A stretch of DNA of 64,000 bases, taken from contig JBEKHN010000001.1 in the NCBI GenBank assembly GCA_050012255.1, forward strand, positions 96,001-160,000, in the 5' to 3' direction. Below are positions 1 through 10,645 of the stretch, piece after piece; the first letter of the stretch is position 1; each line of letters starts with the position of its first letter. This DNA comes from Candidatus Bathyarchaeia archaeon (GTDB taxonomy: Archaea; Thermoproteota; Bathyarchaeia; Bathyarchaeales; Bathycorpusculaceae). The notes under the pieces were generated by a model. It did no database searches. It was not told where the DNA came from and saw only the letters and a list, made by a program, of their open reading frames with translations. The position numbers and the translations under genes are program-made.

Positions 1-642
1 CTTGACGGGGTCTCCGCAGCCGCCTATCATGAGCGGCACGTCGACGGCCTGAACAACGTTTTCAACGGTTTTCACGGCTTCCTTCGGTGAAGCATCCTTA
101 ATAAGCGGATCAATGCTTATGAGGTGCAAAGTCAACATGTCAGCCCCGAACTTTTCGACGGCAAGCTTGGCCCAAGCAGCTGGGTCTTCTAAAACGTCTT
201 TCACGTGCATCTTCACGGCCTTAGCCAGTGGGACCTTAATATCGAAGATGTCCACAGCTACGACTGGAGGATGCGGCATAGACCTTTCAAAAGTGTAGAA
301 GGCAGGCGCAGTCTCTCCTCCTATCGTCAGAGACTTGCCGCGGGTTCCACCCTCACCCTTTGTCCCTCCAAGCTTCACCTCAACGATTTTGCCCGGGTAG
401 GTTTCAACTGGGGGAACGAATTCTGCTTCGATTATTTCCGTAGGCTTGAGCTTCAGTTGGGGGGCAATTTTCTGCTGAGCAAGCGTGGGGACAGCGGCTG
501 TTCCAGGCTGTATCCATATTTCTAAGTCTCCGACGTCCATCTGGAAGTCTTCAAGTTCGATTTCCTGGAGTTTCGCGAGGATTTCTATGAGGCGTGGACT
601 CAGCTTGAGCCCTACGGCTTCTTTCTTCTCATCCTTTGGCAA
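1..642 (-). CDS. cdhD: ACDS complex delta subunit (corrinoid Fe-S protein small subunit), 3' end beyond window
   Basis: Manual translation from TTG at 642 (SD-like AGGTGA upstream): MPKDEKK...YPGKIVEVKLG...GGTRGKSLTIGGE...DPAAWAK...LHLISIDP...VDVPLMIGGCGDP; follows cdhC. Confidence 0.9.
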   Translation of the reverse strand, partial: MPKDEKKEAVGLKLSPRLIEILAKLQEIELEDFQMDVGDLEIWIQPGTAAVPTLAQQKIAPQLKLKPTEIIEAEFVPPVETYPGKIVEVKLGGTKGEGGTRGKSLTIGGETAPAFYTFERSMPHPPVVAVDIFDIKVPLAKAVKMHVKDVLEDPAAWAKLAVEKFGADMLTLHLISIDPLIKDASPKEAVKTVENVVQAVDVPLMIGGCGDPVK

Positions 643-647
643 CGCTT

Positions 648-2057
648 TCACCTTTTTTCAGTTTTCTCGCTCTTCTGAGAACGGATAATAACTTTTTTGG
701 CGTAGATTTTGGCGTCTTTGAGAATGATTTTGAACCCGCCGGCTGTTATGGGCAAGGTTGCTGCCGTAGCCACAGGAATCATCTCTGTTTCCTGCGGCGT
801 CTCTGTTAATGCTGCTTCTTCAACGGGAACCGCCTCTTCTTTCCATCTTTCTACGAAGGGATGGTTGTGTTCTTTCAGAAAAGTCTTCAGCTCGTCTATG
901 GTTTTCGCCTCATCCTCCGTGGCCACTTTGTCAAGAATCTCGGCTGCGACGAAGTTTTTCACCCTTTCTTTCACTTCTTTGGGCACCCAAGCGACGCGTT
1001 TCCAGCCGCCGTCTGCCTGCAGAAACTTTGGAGAACGCATGTACTCGATGGACAAACCGTGGAACCCATCCACTTGGCGCCCTCCGGCGGTGGAATCGGC
1101 GATTGTTGAGAAGGCCAATCCGTTGACGGTTGTGTCTTTGAAGCCTCTGTGCACGATGCCGAACCCGTCTACTTCTGGAATGTAGAAGGCTACTCCCTCG
1201 AAGCAACCGCACGACGTGTGCGGGTGGCCGAATGCCGTGTAGAGTTGCACCCTGGTTATTTCGCCCAGAGACTTCTTCTTCACTGCTTCATTTACACCTG
1301 AGAACTCTCCTGCGACAGGGTCAAGCAGTTCGCCTCTTTCGATCGTGAAGATGGGCCCCTTCGGGTCTATGCTGGCCGCGGCTCTTCCGTCAAACCAGCT
1401 TATGGCTCCACAGTTCGAGTACCTCTGCGGCGTGATCACGCAGACGTGGGACGGAGCGAAGGACTGGCACAGAACGCATCCGTAGAACTTGTCAACTTCC
1501 TCGTCCTTCAACCCTCTTGCTCTTGCGTCTCTTGTCTCATAAACCTGCAAGGCTTCATCGTAGAGTTCCTTCACCTTCTTAGAATCCGTGATGAACGTTA
1601 CTTGCATCTTCTCGATTATTGGCAGCTCGCTTTTGAAGAGCTTGTGCAGAACCTTTCCAACATAATCGAACGAGTTCAAACCTTTCCCGAAGGATTTTTT
1701 GCTGAGCCTAAGCCAAATGTCGTAGCGCTGGTTCAGATGCATAAACCCTTCAATATAGTTGGAGAAAGCGTGTATCCGCCTCTCTATCACGCCCTCCAGT
1801 TCTGCCTCCAGCTTGGGCCCGGCGACCTCGATGAGTATTCCAAACGGGTAGGCTTTGTCTTCTTCCATCTCTTTCAGGTCAGGGCCAACGATGGTTATTT
1901 TTCCGTCCTCGACCTCTTCTGCTTTCTTGACCCTTACTAGCTCGAACTTTTCTTTGACGTCAGGTCCGCCAAGCTCAACGTACATGTCTTTTCTGCGAAT
2001 TCTTTCGCCCTCGTAGATCACGCCTACGTCGACGGGTATGTCTTTGAACATTGACAC
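648..2057 (-). CDS. cdhC: ACDS complex beta subunit (acetyl-CoA synthase)
   Basis: YEGERIR, CVLCQSFAPSHVC, PHTSCGCFE A-cluster motifs. Confidence 0.97.
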   Translation of the reverse strand: MSMFKDIPVDVGVIYEGERIRRKDMYVELGGPDVKEKFELVRVKKAEEVEDGKITIVGPDLKEMEEDKAYPFGILIEVAGPKLEAELEGVIERRIHAFSNYIEGFMHLNQRYDIWLRLSKKSFGKGLNSFDYVGKVLHKLFKSELPIIEKMQVTFITDSKKVKELYDEALQVYETRDARARGLKDEEVDKFYGCVLCQSFAPSHVCVITPQRYSNCGAISWFDGRAAASIDPKGPIFTIERGELLDPVAGEFSGVNEAVKKKSLGEITRVQLYTAFGHPHTSCGCFEGVAFYIPEVDGFGIVHRGFKDTTVNGLAFSTIADSTAGGRQVDGFHGLSIEYMRSPKFLQADGGWKRVAWVPKEVKERVKNFVAAEILDKVATEDEAKTIDELKTFLKEHNHPFVERWKEEAVPVEEAALTETPQETEMIPVATAATLPITAGGFKIILKDAKIYAKKVIIRSQKSEKTEKR

Positions 2058-2060
2058 TTC

Positions 2061-2603
2061 TCATTTTCCTCCAACTTTTTCAATTATCGCTCTGAGGTCT
2101 TCTGTCCAAATTTTCTGCGAAATGTTTGGTAAAGACCAGCTTGCGTTGGGTTGATAAACGTTGTCCAGTGTAACAGTCTTGAGGGTAGGAGCGAAGTGTT
2201 TCACGCCGGAAAGAATCGTCCACTCCATGTAGTATGGAAGACCGACAAACAAGGCTAAGTCGTACTGGCCTTTACCATCAAACCCGCACCAATCTGGGTC
2301 GATCAGCCTGTTGCCTACGTCCACCGCCGGCATCCAACCAGCTGGCTGACAACCCCTTTTCAAAAACTCACCCACGATGTGAGCGGTTGCGACAACCGGA
2401 ATTTTGGCTTTCTCAGACAGCTCAATCAAGTAATCGATCAGCTTCTTGGCTCCCAAGTCAATTTCAGCAGCCCTGTGCCCAACAACGAGAATCGGGCGTT
2501 TTGCCTGCTTAATCATCGCTGCGGCCACTTCAGGTTTTGTGACCACCATCGCCTTTTTTGGTCCAGCGATCTCGGCCGTCTGCCAAGGTTCAGCTGTTGC
2601 CAT
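2061..2603 (-). CDS. cdhB: ACDS complex epsilon subunit
   Basis: KRPILVVG, DGKGQYDLALFVG, YQPNASWS; lies between cdhA and cdhC. Confidence 0.93.
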   Translation of the reverse strand: MATAEPWQTAEIAGPKKAMVVTKPEVAAAMIKQAKRPILVVGHRAAEIDLGAKKLIDYLIELSEKAKIPVVATAHIVGEFLKRGCQPAGWMPAVDVGNRLIDPDWCGFDGKGQYDLALFVGLPYYMEWTILSGVKHFAPTLKTVTLDNVYQPNASWSLPNISQKIWTEDLRAIIEKVGGK

Positions 2604-2609
2604 GTCCGC

Positions 2610-4958
2610 TTACTCCTTCCTCTTTCTGATCAGTCTTGGCAAAAGCGTCGGGTCGGGAATCACTGTTTCCTTCCAATCCTTCTCTTCAAGAGTCTTGATG
2701 ATTTCATCTTTCATCGTTATCGGAACGTCCCCAAGTGTGCGAACAAACAGGTGTATGTCCTGAGGCATAATTCCGTACAGCCTCTTATGCAAATCGATGT
2801 AATGCGTGAGTTTTATGGCCCTTCCTTTCGAAGTGTCGTTAGGTCTCATGCAGAGCTTGCTTACCATGACTATTGCCTCCTCTTTTGTCTCAGCGGCGCA
2901 GAACAGATGCTCGGGTGTTGGTCCAACGTACGTCTTTTCTCCCGTCCTTGCATCATAAACGCACCAGTCCTCTTCTCGGTCAGCCCTTCCCAGAAGCATG
3001 CGCCTGTACTTTGTTCCGTGAGGGCCAACGACGACGGGAACGCCTAAGCGCCAGAACCCAGCTGCGATAGAAGCTGCCTTCTGAGAGTAGGCTCCCCACG
3101 CAACGCCGACAGCGCCCACACGGTTGAGCACGTAGTCAGCTATCTCCTCATAGTTCCCCCTCAGATTCCGCTTCGCGAATATGTTTGCAATCTTTATCAC
3201 AGCGCCAGCAATGTGCGAGTTGGCAACGCATGAACCAACGTTGACGATTCCTCCGGCAGCAAATTCGCCGGTGTACTTCTCGTACGGTGATTTTCCATCT
3301 TCGTCTTTGTACATGCCAGCAGACATTGCGGCACAACCTGAAGTCAAGACTATGTAGCGTCTGTTCGCAAACTCCATACACATCTCAGCAACTTCTTTTC
3401 CGCCCTTCGGATAGTTGGCGCATCCGACAAAGGCTACCACACCAGGAATCTCGCCGAGCACGATTGGGCTTCCAACGTTCCTTATCTCCACGTCTTGTAT
3501 GGCTCCTCTTCCAACTCTCAACTTGTACGTCTCATCCCTGAGTTTCTTGTCCCCAGCCCTCACGATGGAACTGTGAATCTTCGTGCCCTTCGGGCACGGA
3601 GCCTCGCATCGACCGCAGCCAATGCATAAGTCGTACAGTTCTGCGAGCTTCGTCAAATTTCCTTCGGCTGCAGCTTTCATCGCTTCCGGAATTTCCAAGT
3701 CTTCCGGGCATGCTCGCATGCAAGCGTTGCATTGAGTGCATTCTTTTGCTGCTTGAATGACTTCGTCAACATCGGGCAGCGCCTTGAATTTTTTCCGAAG
3801 GGGCGCCACTTTCAAGGCCACTTTTGCAGCGACTTCTCCGACTTTTTCAGGGTCAAGAATCAGCGCGCCCGGCGTCTTTCCTGATACTAGATCTTCGACT
3901 ATCACGTCTGCTGGGTCGTTTGTGCGGTTTGGCAGACCCATACAGTTCTTTTCTGACGTAACAATGACTGGTGTTCTGATGTTTTGCGATTCGTTGAAGG
4001 CATCCGCTCTGACACATTGTTCATCAAGCACAACTAGGTCTGGAACACCACTTCTTATGAAGCGTAACTGCCACGAGATTGGGCCGACAACCTTTGCGCG
4101 GTTGTAATATCTGGTTATGTCGTGGGCTGTGCAGCACAGTCCGCAGACCTCGATTTCACCCTCAAAACCGCTGTCTTTCATGTAGTCTATTATCCCAATG
4201 GAAGGGACAACATTGTGGCCTATGACCAGGATCACGGGTTTTTCCGCGTTTATGGTGCCGAAGCCCAGATCAACAAGCGGAGCGTCTGGGTCCGCTTTTG
4301 GAAAGCCGTAGGTCGCAATCTGAGCAACGTCTGCGACTTCCATGCCCAGGTGGTCTATCATCCCTGCGTGGAAGACTTTTGATTCGAAGTCAAGGTTGCT
4401 TCCCTCTTGCCCAGTGTGCACTACAGACAGTAAGTGTGTGAGTTGGGACTCAGCATAATCCAGTACCTCCCGTAGGTCAGCCAGTGTTTGAGGTCTTAAC
4501 CCGCAGACGAGGCGGATCGTCGGAGCCTCAACTTGGACGTTCAGCCCGCCCACGTCAATGTGGTGTTCGCGTCCGAATTTTCCGATCAGATGTTCAAGTA
4601 AGTGGCGAGCGTGGCCGACGTGAGTTGCTGCTCCGATGCAGCAAGCTAGAAGCATTGTTCTTGACTGTTGAGCCGGCATGTTGATTCCGCATGCTCCGCG
4701 CTTGTTTCCTGTCAGGTCGCATTTTCCCATGGTGCAGAGGCAGCAAACATCGCAGAAGGGCATGTAGAACGGTTTGTAGCGCTGAAGGATCCTCATATCC
4801 CACTCTCTCAGAGTCGTCAGGGACGGAAAAGGCGTAGGCCCCATCGGTTCGGTCCAGGTTCTATCGACAACCTTGCCAATTGAAAGTTCAAGATTCTTGA
4901 CAAAACCAAAATCGGTCTTCAGCTCACCGATCTTCACATTAAGATCTTTTCTGCTCAA
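2610..4958 (-). CDS. cdhA: ACDS complex alpha subunit (CO dehydrogenase)
   Basis: GPTPFP, CCLCTMGKC, GHN, CCTAH, two CxxCxxCxxxCP ferredoxin motifs, GCAN, GSCV. Confidence 0.97.
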   Translation of the reverse strand: MSRKDLNVKIGELKTDFGFVKNLELSIGKVVDRTWTEPMGPTPFPSLTTLREWDMRILQRYKPFYMPFCDVCCLCTMGKCDLTGNKRGACGINMPAQQSRTMLLACCIGAATHVGHARHLLEHLIGKFGREHHIDVGGLNVQVEAPTIRLVCGLRPQTLADLREVLDYAESQLTHLLSVVHTGQEGSNLDFESKVFHAGMIDHLGMEVADVAQIATYGFPKADPDAPLVDLGFGTINAEKPVILVIGHNVVPSIGIIDYMKDSGFEGEIEVCGLCCTAHDITRYYNRAKVVGPISWQLRFIRSGVPDLVVLDEQCVRADAFNESQNIRTPVIVTSEKNCMGLPNRTNDPADVIVEDLVSGKTPGALILDPEKVGEVAAKVALKVAPLRKKFKALPDVDEVIQAAKECTQCNACMRACPEDLEIPEAMKAAAEGNLTKLAELYDLCIGCGRCEAPCPKGTKIHSSIVRAGDKKLRDETYKLRVGRGAIQDVEIRNVGSPIVLGEIPGVVAFVGCANYPKGGKEVAEMCMEFANRRYIVLTSGCAAMSAGMYKDEDGKSPYEKYTGEFAAGGIVNVGSCVANSHIAGAVIKIANIFAKRNLRGNYEEIADYVLNRVGAVGVAWGAYSQKAASIAAGFWRLGVPVVVGPHGTKYRRMLLGRADREEDWCVYDARTGEKTYVGPTPEHLFCAAETKEEAIVMVSKLCMRPNDTSKGRAIKLTHYIDLHKRLYGIMPQDIHLFVRTLGDVPITMKDEIIKTLEEKDWKETVIPDPTLLPRLIRKRKE

Positions 4959-5118
4959 TTATGGCACTACCTGACGACCAAGAAGACGAAATCTAATGAA
5001 GGCTTCGCTCATAAGCATTTCTGGAACCGCGTTCTACTATGAATAATCAATCTGCAGAGCAGGACTCAAATACTTCTCGGCAGGGTTCACTCCAGAACAG
5101 TGAAAAAGATGAGGCCAA

Positions 5119-5889
5119 CTACTCTGTCGTGTAGCCTGCCCTGTCCACTATTCTCTTGACAGAGAGGTAGGCCGGAGAGTCAGGAGGCAGTTCTAAGAGC
5201 GATTTTCCAGCCAGAACGTATTCTTCGACTTCGTCGTCACGAGCAATCTTGCCCAAGAAATCAAATTTCAAGGTGCTGTCAGCCCTCTTCTCCAAGCCTT
5301 CTGGAAACCTGTAACCGCCAACGACGTAGAAATTCTTGAATTCTATGCGTACTTCCTTCGCTATCCGGTAGGCCCGGTCAACGTGGTCGAACGATTTTTT
5401 GGACGGGTCAAGAACGTCGAAGATGTCGTCAACTTTCGACGTGATCCTACGGTTTAGATGCTCCAGTCCTGCTGGCGAGTCGATCAAGACGTATTTGTAG
5501 TTTTTAGAAACTGATTCCAAGGCTCCTTTCAGAGCGGCGTTCGGCAAGCAGTAGCAGCCTTCAACCCACTTTGTTCCGATAGAAATGAAATCGAAAAAGT
5601 CGCCTTCATACATGCCGTGAGCCCAGATCCTGTTTTCGATTCGTTCAGTGGGCGGAACACCGACAGTTGTTCCACCTTCCTTCAAAAAAGTCTCCATGAG
5701 CAGTTCTGAAATCGTCTTCTTCCCCTCTTCCTTCAAATCTACGCCAACCATCTCCCCAAGGTTCTGGTCCGGATCAGCGTCCACCAAAAGCAGAGGCGTG
5801 GCTCCCATTTCAATGAAGTATTTTGTCTTCAACGCCACAAAACTAGTCTTTCCTGTTCCGCCGCGACCTATTGTCACAAGCTTCTTCAA
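5119..5889 (-). CDS. cooC: CooC/AcsF-type Ni-insertion ATPase
   Basis: GRGGTGKT, DADP, GCYC, DSPAGLEH motifs; adjacent to cdh operon. Confidence 0.88.
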   Translation of the reverse strand: MKKLVTIGRGGTGKTSFVALKTKYFIEMGATPLLLVDADPDQNLGEMVGVDLKEEGKKTISELLMETFLKEGGTTVGVPPTERIENRIWAHGMYEGDFFDFISIGTKWVEGCYCLPNAALKGALESVSKNYKYVLIDSPAGLEHLNRRITSKVDDIFDVLDPSKKSFDHVDRAYRIAKEVRIEFKNFYVVGGYRFPEGLEKRADSTLKFDFLGKIARDDEVEEYVLAGKSLLELPPDSPAYLSVKRIVDRAGYTTE

Positions 5890-5937
5890 TATTGCTTTAC
5901 ACCTTCTTGCACAGTCGGTTATTTCCTCAACTTTTTA

Positions 5938-6717
5938 TCAGTCGTTCTTTGCTATAAGCAAATCAGCAAGTCCTTCTATTGCTCGAACGGCCTCTGAGCT
6001 CCTGTCTTTCAGCGGCGTTTCTCCCCTCATTTCCATCTCTACGACTTTCCGATCGAAGGGAATAAAGGCCAAGATTTTCAAACCGTTTTCCAGCGCAAAA
6101 TTTCCGATCGTTTCTTCTTGAACCTTGTCTCCGACCTTGTTTCCAACCAGATAAACCTTCTTCATGCTCGAGCCCGAGGCCAATTCTTGAATGTGTTTGG
6201 CTATCTCAAGAGATTTCATGTTTGCGTCCGCGACGATCAGCAGAGTGTCCACATGCTTTGCCGTTCCTCTGCCCATGTGCTCAACCCCCGCCTCCGTGTC
6301 AAGAACAACCGCCTCGTCTCGCTCCACAACCAGATAGCGGAGCAAGGCCCGCACGACAGCGTTCTCCGGACAAGTGCACCCTGAACCCATCGACTTCACC
6401 GTTCCCATGACGATCAAGTTCACGCCAAACGGTGTCTTCACCGAATACTCGCGGACAACGTCGTCCACCTTGAAGGAGAGACGGTAAACGCCCGAGTAAC
6501 CCGTGTCGGTTTTTGATTCAACCAATTTTTTGTTCTCTGAAATGGGCAGTATCTGTCTTGCCTTTTCAGGCGTTAAGCCCAAGGTCAAGGCAAGATTCGG
6601 GGAAGAATCAGCATCAATAGCTATGGTCTTGAAGCCCTTATCGACGAAGGAGCAGGCAAGACCCGCTGCTATGAGAGTTTTACCCACACCTCCCTTGCCA
6701 GAAACTGCAATCTTCAC
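5938..6717 (-). CDS. cooC: CooC-type Ni-insertion ATPase (second paralog)
   Basis: GKGGVGKT, DADS, GCTC, DTEAGVEH motifs. Confidence 0.9.
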   Translation of the reverse strand: MKIAVSGKGGVGKTLIAAGLACSFVDKGFKTIAIDADSSPNLALTLGLTPEKARQILPISENKKLVESKTDTGYSGVYRLSFKVDDVVREYSVKTPFGVNLIVMGTVKSMGSGCTCPENAVVRALLRYLVVERDEAVVLDTEAGVEHMGRGTAKHVDTLLIVADANMKSLEIAKHIQELASGSSMKKVYLVGNKVGDKVQEETIGNFALENGLKILAFIPFDRKVVEMEMRGETPLKDRSSEAVRAIEGLADLLIAKND

Positions 6718-6764
6718 CTAACCGGTCTCCAGAGTTTTCTTAGACAGTAAAGCCATTAACTGAC

Positions 6765-7625
6765 CTATTTGCGTTTTTCCTTAAGTCTCACTTTAGCTGT
6801 CTTCAGCGCTTTCTCCACTTCTTCTCGTATTATGTAGCCTCCCATGTGAAGTATCGGCTCCTTCGTTTCTGGATCCACTCCCATCGTCGCAGTACACGGG
6901 TAACTGTGATGGGCCTTTGCCGCAACGTCATAGAGTGTGTCCGTTTTCGTTTCGGTTCCTATCAATTTTCTTGCTACGTACCATGTGGAGCCGCATGGAG
7001 CGCTTCGTCTTACAATAGCAGAATCTATCAATTCGTGACCGCCCCTTTTCACAGTTGAAATTTCCAAGGAAGGTCTTCCAACGTTGAGCTCAGTTATGAA
7101 CCTCGATATTGTCGGTGCGCTTGCTGACGGTTTCAGCGAACAGAAGGGCTTTGGAAACGCACTTTCCAAACCTAGTTCTCGACACTTCTCATCCACCTGC
7201 TTTACTAGGCCTGAGGGAACATCCACGAAGTCTTCTATCGGCACGATCAAGCCTTTCACTCCAGCCTTTTCCAAGTGATTTGGCAGTTCAAGCAGCAAAT
7301 CTTTGTGCAAACCTGAGGCAACGCATAAATCAGCTCGAGGAATGTTCTTCGGCATGTGTTTTTCTGGAAAGTCTATGAAAGCTGGAAGATCAGAAGGGTT
7401 CGACAGTTCCACGGCTGCTCGAACGTTGCGAACATGACTGTACACACCGTACTTACAAGAGTCACAGGACAGGTCGCAGGACTTGCAGAAGCTGGGATCA
7501 TTTATCAAATTCCTTATCACTCGCTCTGCAAACTCTCCACTGTAGATGAAGATCAACGCTAATGGTTCTTCTCTGCGACCGGTCTCACGCTCGCTAACTG
7601 AGACCAGCTTACTATGTGCACGCAT
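6765..7625 (-). CDS. DUF166-family protein (true start may be downstream)
   Basis: PKPFCSL, RSAPCGSTWYVA, HHSYPCTA motifs typical of DUF166. Confidence 0.7.
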   Translation of the reverse strand: MRAHSKLVSVSERETGRREEPLALIFIYSGEFAERVIRNLINDPSFCKSCDLSCDSCKYGVYSHVRNVRAAVELSNPSDLPAFIDFPEKHMPKNIPRADLCVASGLHKDLLLELPNHLEKAGVKGLIVPIEDFVDVPSGLVKQVDEKCRELGLESAFPKPFCSLKPSASAPTISRFITELNVGRPSLEISTVKRGGHELIDSAIVRRSAPCGSTWYVARKLIGTETKTDTLYDVAAKAHHSYPCTATMGVDPETKEPILHMGGYIIREEVEKALKTAKVRLKEKRK

Positions 7626-7811
7626 CGGTGTTGTCGCTTCCAGTGATTATTTCCCGTAAAGAAAACGTTGAATTAAGCGTTTCTGAGTAGAGACTTTGCT
7701 TCTGCCAGAAAGAGCTGAGAGGAGAGTTTTCCAAGCTGTAGCTGTATCGTTGAGACATAAAGTTTTAATTTCCCCTAAAACATCAAGACCTAGACTCAGA
7801 AGGTTGTACCG

Positions 7812-10634
7812 TTGGTTACGTTGAACCTGGACAAGATTTTTAATCCCAAGACCATCGCTGTGGTCGGAGCCAGTGATGAAGTGGGCTCTGTTGGATATGC
7901 ACTCATCAAGAATTTTACAGACTTGAAGTTTGAGGGAAAGATTTTCCCAGTCAACCTCCATAAGACCGAGATTCTAGGCCTCAAAGCCTACGAAAGCGTG
8001 GAGCAGATTCCTGAAACAGTTGACCTTGCCGTAATAGCCACTCCTAGCAAGACTGTCCCAGACGTGCTTGAGCAGTGTGGAAAAGCCGGAATAAACGGCG
8101 TAATCATAATTTCAGCGGGCTTCAAAGAGATCGGGCCCGAAGGCAGGGCATTGGAAGACAGGATCACCGAGATCAGGAAGAAATATGGCATGCGGATCGT
8201 GGGGCCCAACTGCCTAGGCGTCATTCGTCCGAGCATCAATCTCAACGCTACTTTCATAAGTAAGATGCCGAAACCAGGCAAAATAGCCTTCATATCACAG
8301 AGCGGTGCATTAGGCTCCGCTATCCTCGACTGGGCGATGCATGAAAACATTGGCTTCAGCAACTTCGTCTCCTTGGGTTCAATGATTGACATCGATTTTG
8401 GTGACCTAATAGACTATTTCGGCACCGACCCTAAGACAAGAAGCATCCTCATGTATATAGAAGGAATAACCGACGCTCGAGGATTCATGAGCGCGGCCAG
8501 ACACTTCGCAAGAACCAAACCGATAATTGTGGTTAAAGCTGGAAAGTTCAGCGAAAGCGCCAAAGCCGCTGCTTCCCACACAGGCTCACTGACGGGTGAG
8601 GACTTGGTATACGACAAGGCGTTCAAGCGTGCCGGAATGGTCCGCGTAGATGACATCGCTGACCTTTTCAACTGTGCCGAAGTCTTGGGCATGCAGCCTC
8701 TACCACAAGGTCCAAACCTTGCCATAATCACAAACGCAGGCGGTCCGGGAGTCATGGCGACCGACGCCCTCATAGCTCGCGGAGGAAAGCTGGCTAAACT
8801 CAGTGAAAAGACAATGGAGAAACTCAACGGCATCTTACCGCACTACTGGAGCAGAGGAAATCCAATCGACATTCTGGGAGACGCCAAGGCTGGCAGGTAC
8901 AGAGCAGTGGTCGAAGCCTGCTTGGATGACGAAAACGTCGACGGCATAGCCATAATATACACTGCTCAAGCAGTTGCTGAACCTGTTGAAGTTGCCAAGA
9001 GCATCGTGGAACTGTGTAAGAGCAGAGGTTCTCTAAACAAGACGGTCTTGACTTCTTTCATGGGTTACGGAGCCGTGGAAGAAGCAAACCGCATATTTCA
9101 CGAGAACAGCATCCCCACATACTCCACACCTGAACAAGCAATCAAAACCTATCACTACATGTACCAGTACAAACGCAACCTAGAGCTCCAGTACGAGACA
9201 CCTGAAGAACTTCCAGTTGACGTTGTCCCGCCGAAGCGGCCACTAATGGCGATAATGAGAAACGTCGCAACCGAGAACCGCGAAACAATGAATGAAGCTG
9301 AAGCCAAGACCTTCTTGGAGTACTACAATCTACCCGTCGTCAAGACAAGAGTTGCCCGAACCGAAGATGAAGCTGCCCTCTTGGCCCAGCAGATAGGCTA
9401 CCCTGTTGTGCTCAAAATCCTCTCCCCCCAGATAGTGCACAAAACGGACGCAGGCGGCGTCGTACTCGACATCAGCAACGAAGCCGAAGTTCGAACCGCT
9501 TTCAACCGTATTATGAAAGCAGCTAGAGAACACAACCCAAACGCCGAGATTCTGGGCGTCACCGTGCAACCCATGGTGAAGAAGCAAGGCTATGAAGTCA
9601 TAATTGGCGCAAAAGCCGACCCCCTGTTCGGTCCTGTGATACTGTTCGGAATGGGAGGCGTCGGCGTCGAACTGTTCAAAGATTTTGCCCTCGGAATTCC
9701 CCCGCTTAATCAAACCCTGGTTCGAAGAATGATGGAGGAGACAAAGGTCTACCAGCTTCTAAGAGATTACAGAAACGTGCCCCCAGCCAACATCAAACTC
9801 CTCGAAGAGATACTCGTGCGTTTCAGCCAGATGCTCGTGGACTTTCCACAGCTCAGGGAAGTTGACATCAATCCGCTGTTCATTAACGAGAAAGAAGCAA
9901 TTGCACTTGACGCCCGCATCGTGATCGACAGGGGCCGCGTCTTCAAGAAGCTTGAGCCTCACGAGCACCTGGTGATAACTCCTTACCCGAAAAAATACGA
10001 AACAATGTGGAAACTTCGAGACGGCCGCACAGTCATTCTGAGACCAATAAAGCCCGAGGACGAACCCTTGTGGCTGGAAATGTTCCAGAACTTTTCAGAA
10101 GAATCGATACGCTACCGCTTCTTCCAAATACTGAAGGACACGCCACACGAGACCAGAGTCCGCTACTGCAACATTGACTACGACAGAGAAATAGCCATAG
10201 TGCCAGAACTAACGGAAGACGGCCGCAGAAAAATTCTCGGAGTCGCAAGGGTCAGCATTGAACCAGACGGGAAAAAAGGCGAAATAGCCTTCATCGTTGC
10301 TGATCCATGGCAAGGTCTCGGCTTGGGCACAAAAATGGTTGATTATGCGCTTGAAATCTGCAAAGACATGAAGGTTGAAACCGTCTACGCCATAATACTT
10401 CCAGACAACTACAGAGCCATCAGCCTCATGAAGAAGATGGGCTTCACGACTGAGTACGCAGATGATGGCACGGTTAAAGCAACACTCAACTTGAGAGAGG
10501 AAGAGCAAGTTCCATGCTCAGAGAGCCAAACCGCCGAGAAGGCACAACAAGAATCTCAGGAACCACCAAGACAGGAACATGCAGAGAGAACTGACGCGTC
10601 ACAAAACGACATCTTGGAAAACGTGGAAACCTAG
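7812..10634 (+). CDS. ADP-forming acyl-CoA synthetase (alpha+beta fused) with C-terminal GNAT domain (Pat-like architecture)
   Basis: IAVVGAS, GPNCLG, SQSGA, ASHTGSL, TNAGGPG, NPIDILGDA, ATP-grasp HKTDAGGV, GNAT WQGLGLG. Confidence 0.9.
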   Translation: MVTLNLDKIFNPKTIAVVGASDEVGSVGYALIKNFTDLKFEGKIFPVNLHKTEILGLKAYESVEQIPETVDLAVIATPSKTVPDVLEQCGKAGINGVIIISAGFKEIGPEGRALEDRITEIRKKYGMRIVGPNCLGVIRPSINLNATFISKMPKPGKIAFISQSGALGSAILDWAMHENIGFSNFVSLGSMIDIDFGDLIDYFGTDPKTRSILMYIEGITDARGFMSAARHFARTKPIIVVKAGKFSESAKAAASHTGSLTGEDLVYDKAFKRAGMVRVDDIADLFNCAEVLGMQPLPQGPNLAIITNAGGPGVMATDALIARGGKLAKLSEKTMEKLNGILPHYWSRGNPIDILGDAKAGRYRAVVEACLDDENVDGIAIIYTAQAVAEPVEVAKSIVELCKSRGSLNKTVLTSFMGYGAVEEANRIFHENSIPTYSTPEQAIKTYHYMYQYKRNLELQYETPEELPVDVVPPKRPLMAIMRNVATENRETMNEAEAKTFLEYYNLPVVKTRVARTEDEAALLAQQIGYPVVLKILSPQIVHKTDAGGVVLDISNEAEVRTAFNRIMKAAREHNPNAEILGVTVQPMVKKQGYEVIIGAKADPLFGPVILFGMGGVGVELFKDFALGIPPLNQTLVRRMMEETKVYQLLRDYRNVPPANIKLLEEILVRFSQMLVDFPQLREVDINPLFINEKEAIALDARIVIDRGRVFKKLEPHEHLVITPYPKKYETMWKLRDGRTVILRPIKPEDEPLWLEMFQNFSEESIRYRFFQILKDTPHETRVRYCNIDYDREIAIVPELTEDGRRKILGVARVSIEPDGKKGEIAFIVADPWQGLGLGTKMVDYALEICKDMKVETVYAIILPDNYRAISLMKKMGFTTEYADDGTVKATLNLREEEQVPCSESQTAEKAQQESQEPPRQEHAERTDASQNDILENVET

Positions 10635-10645
10635 TTTCCCCAAAA

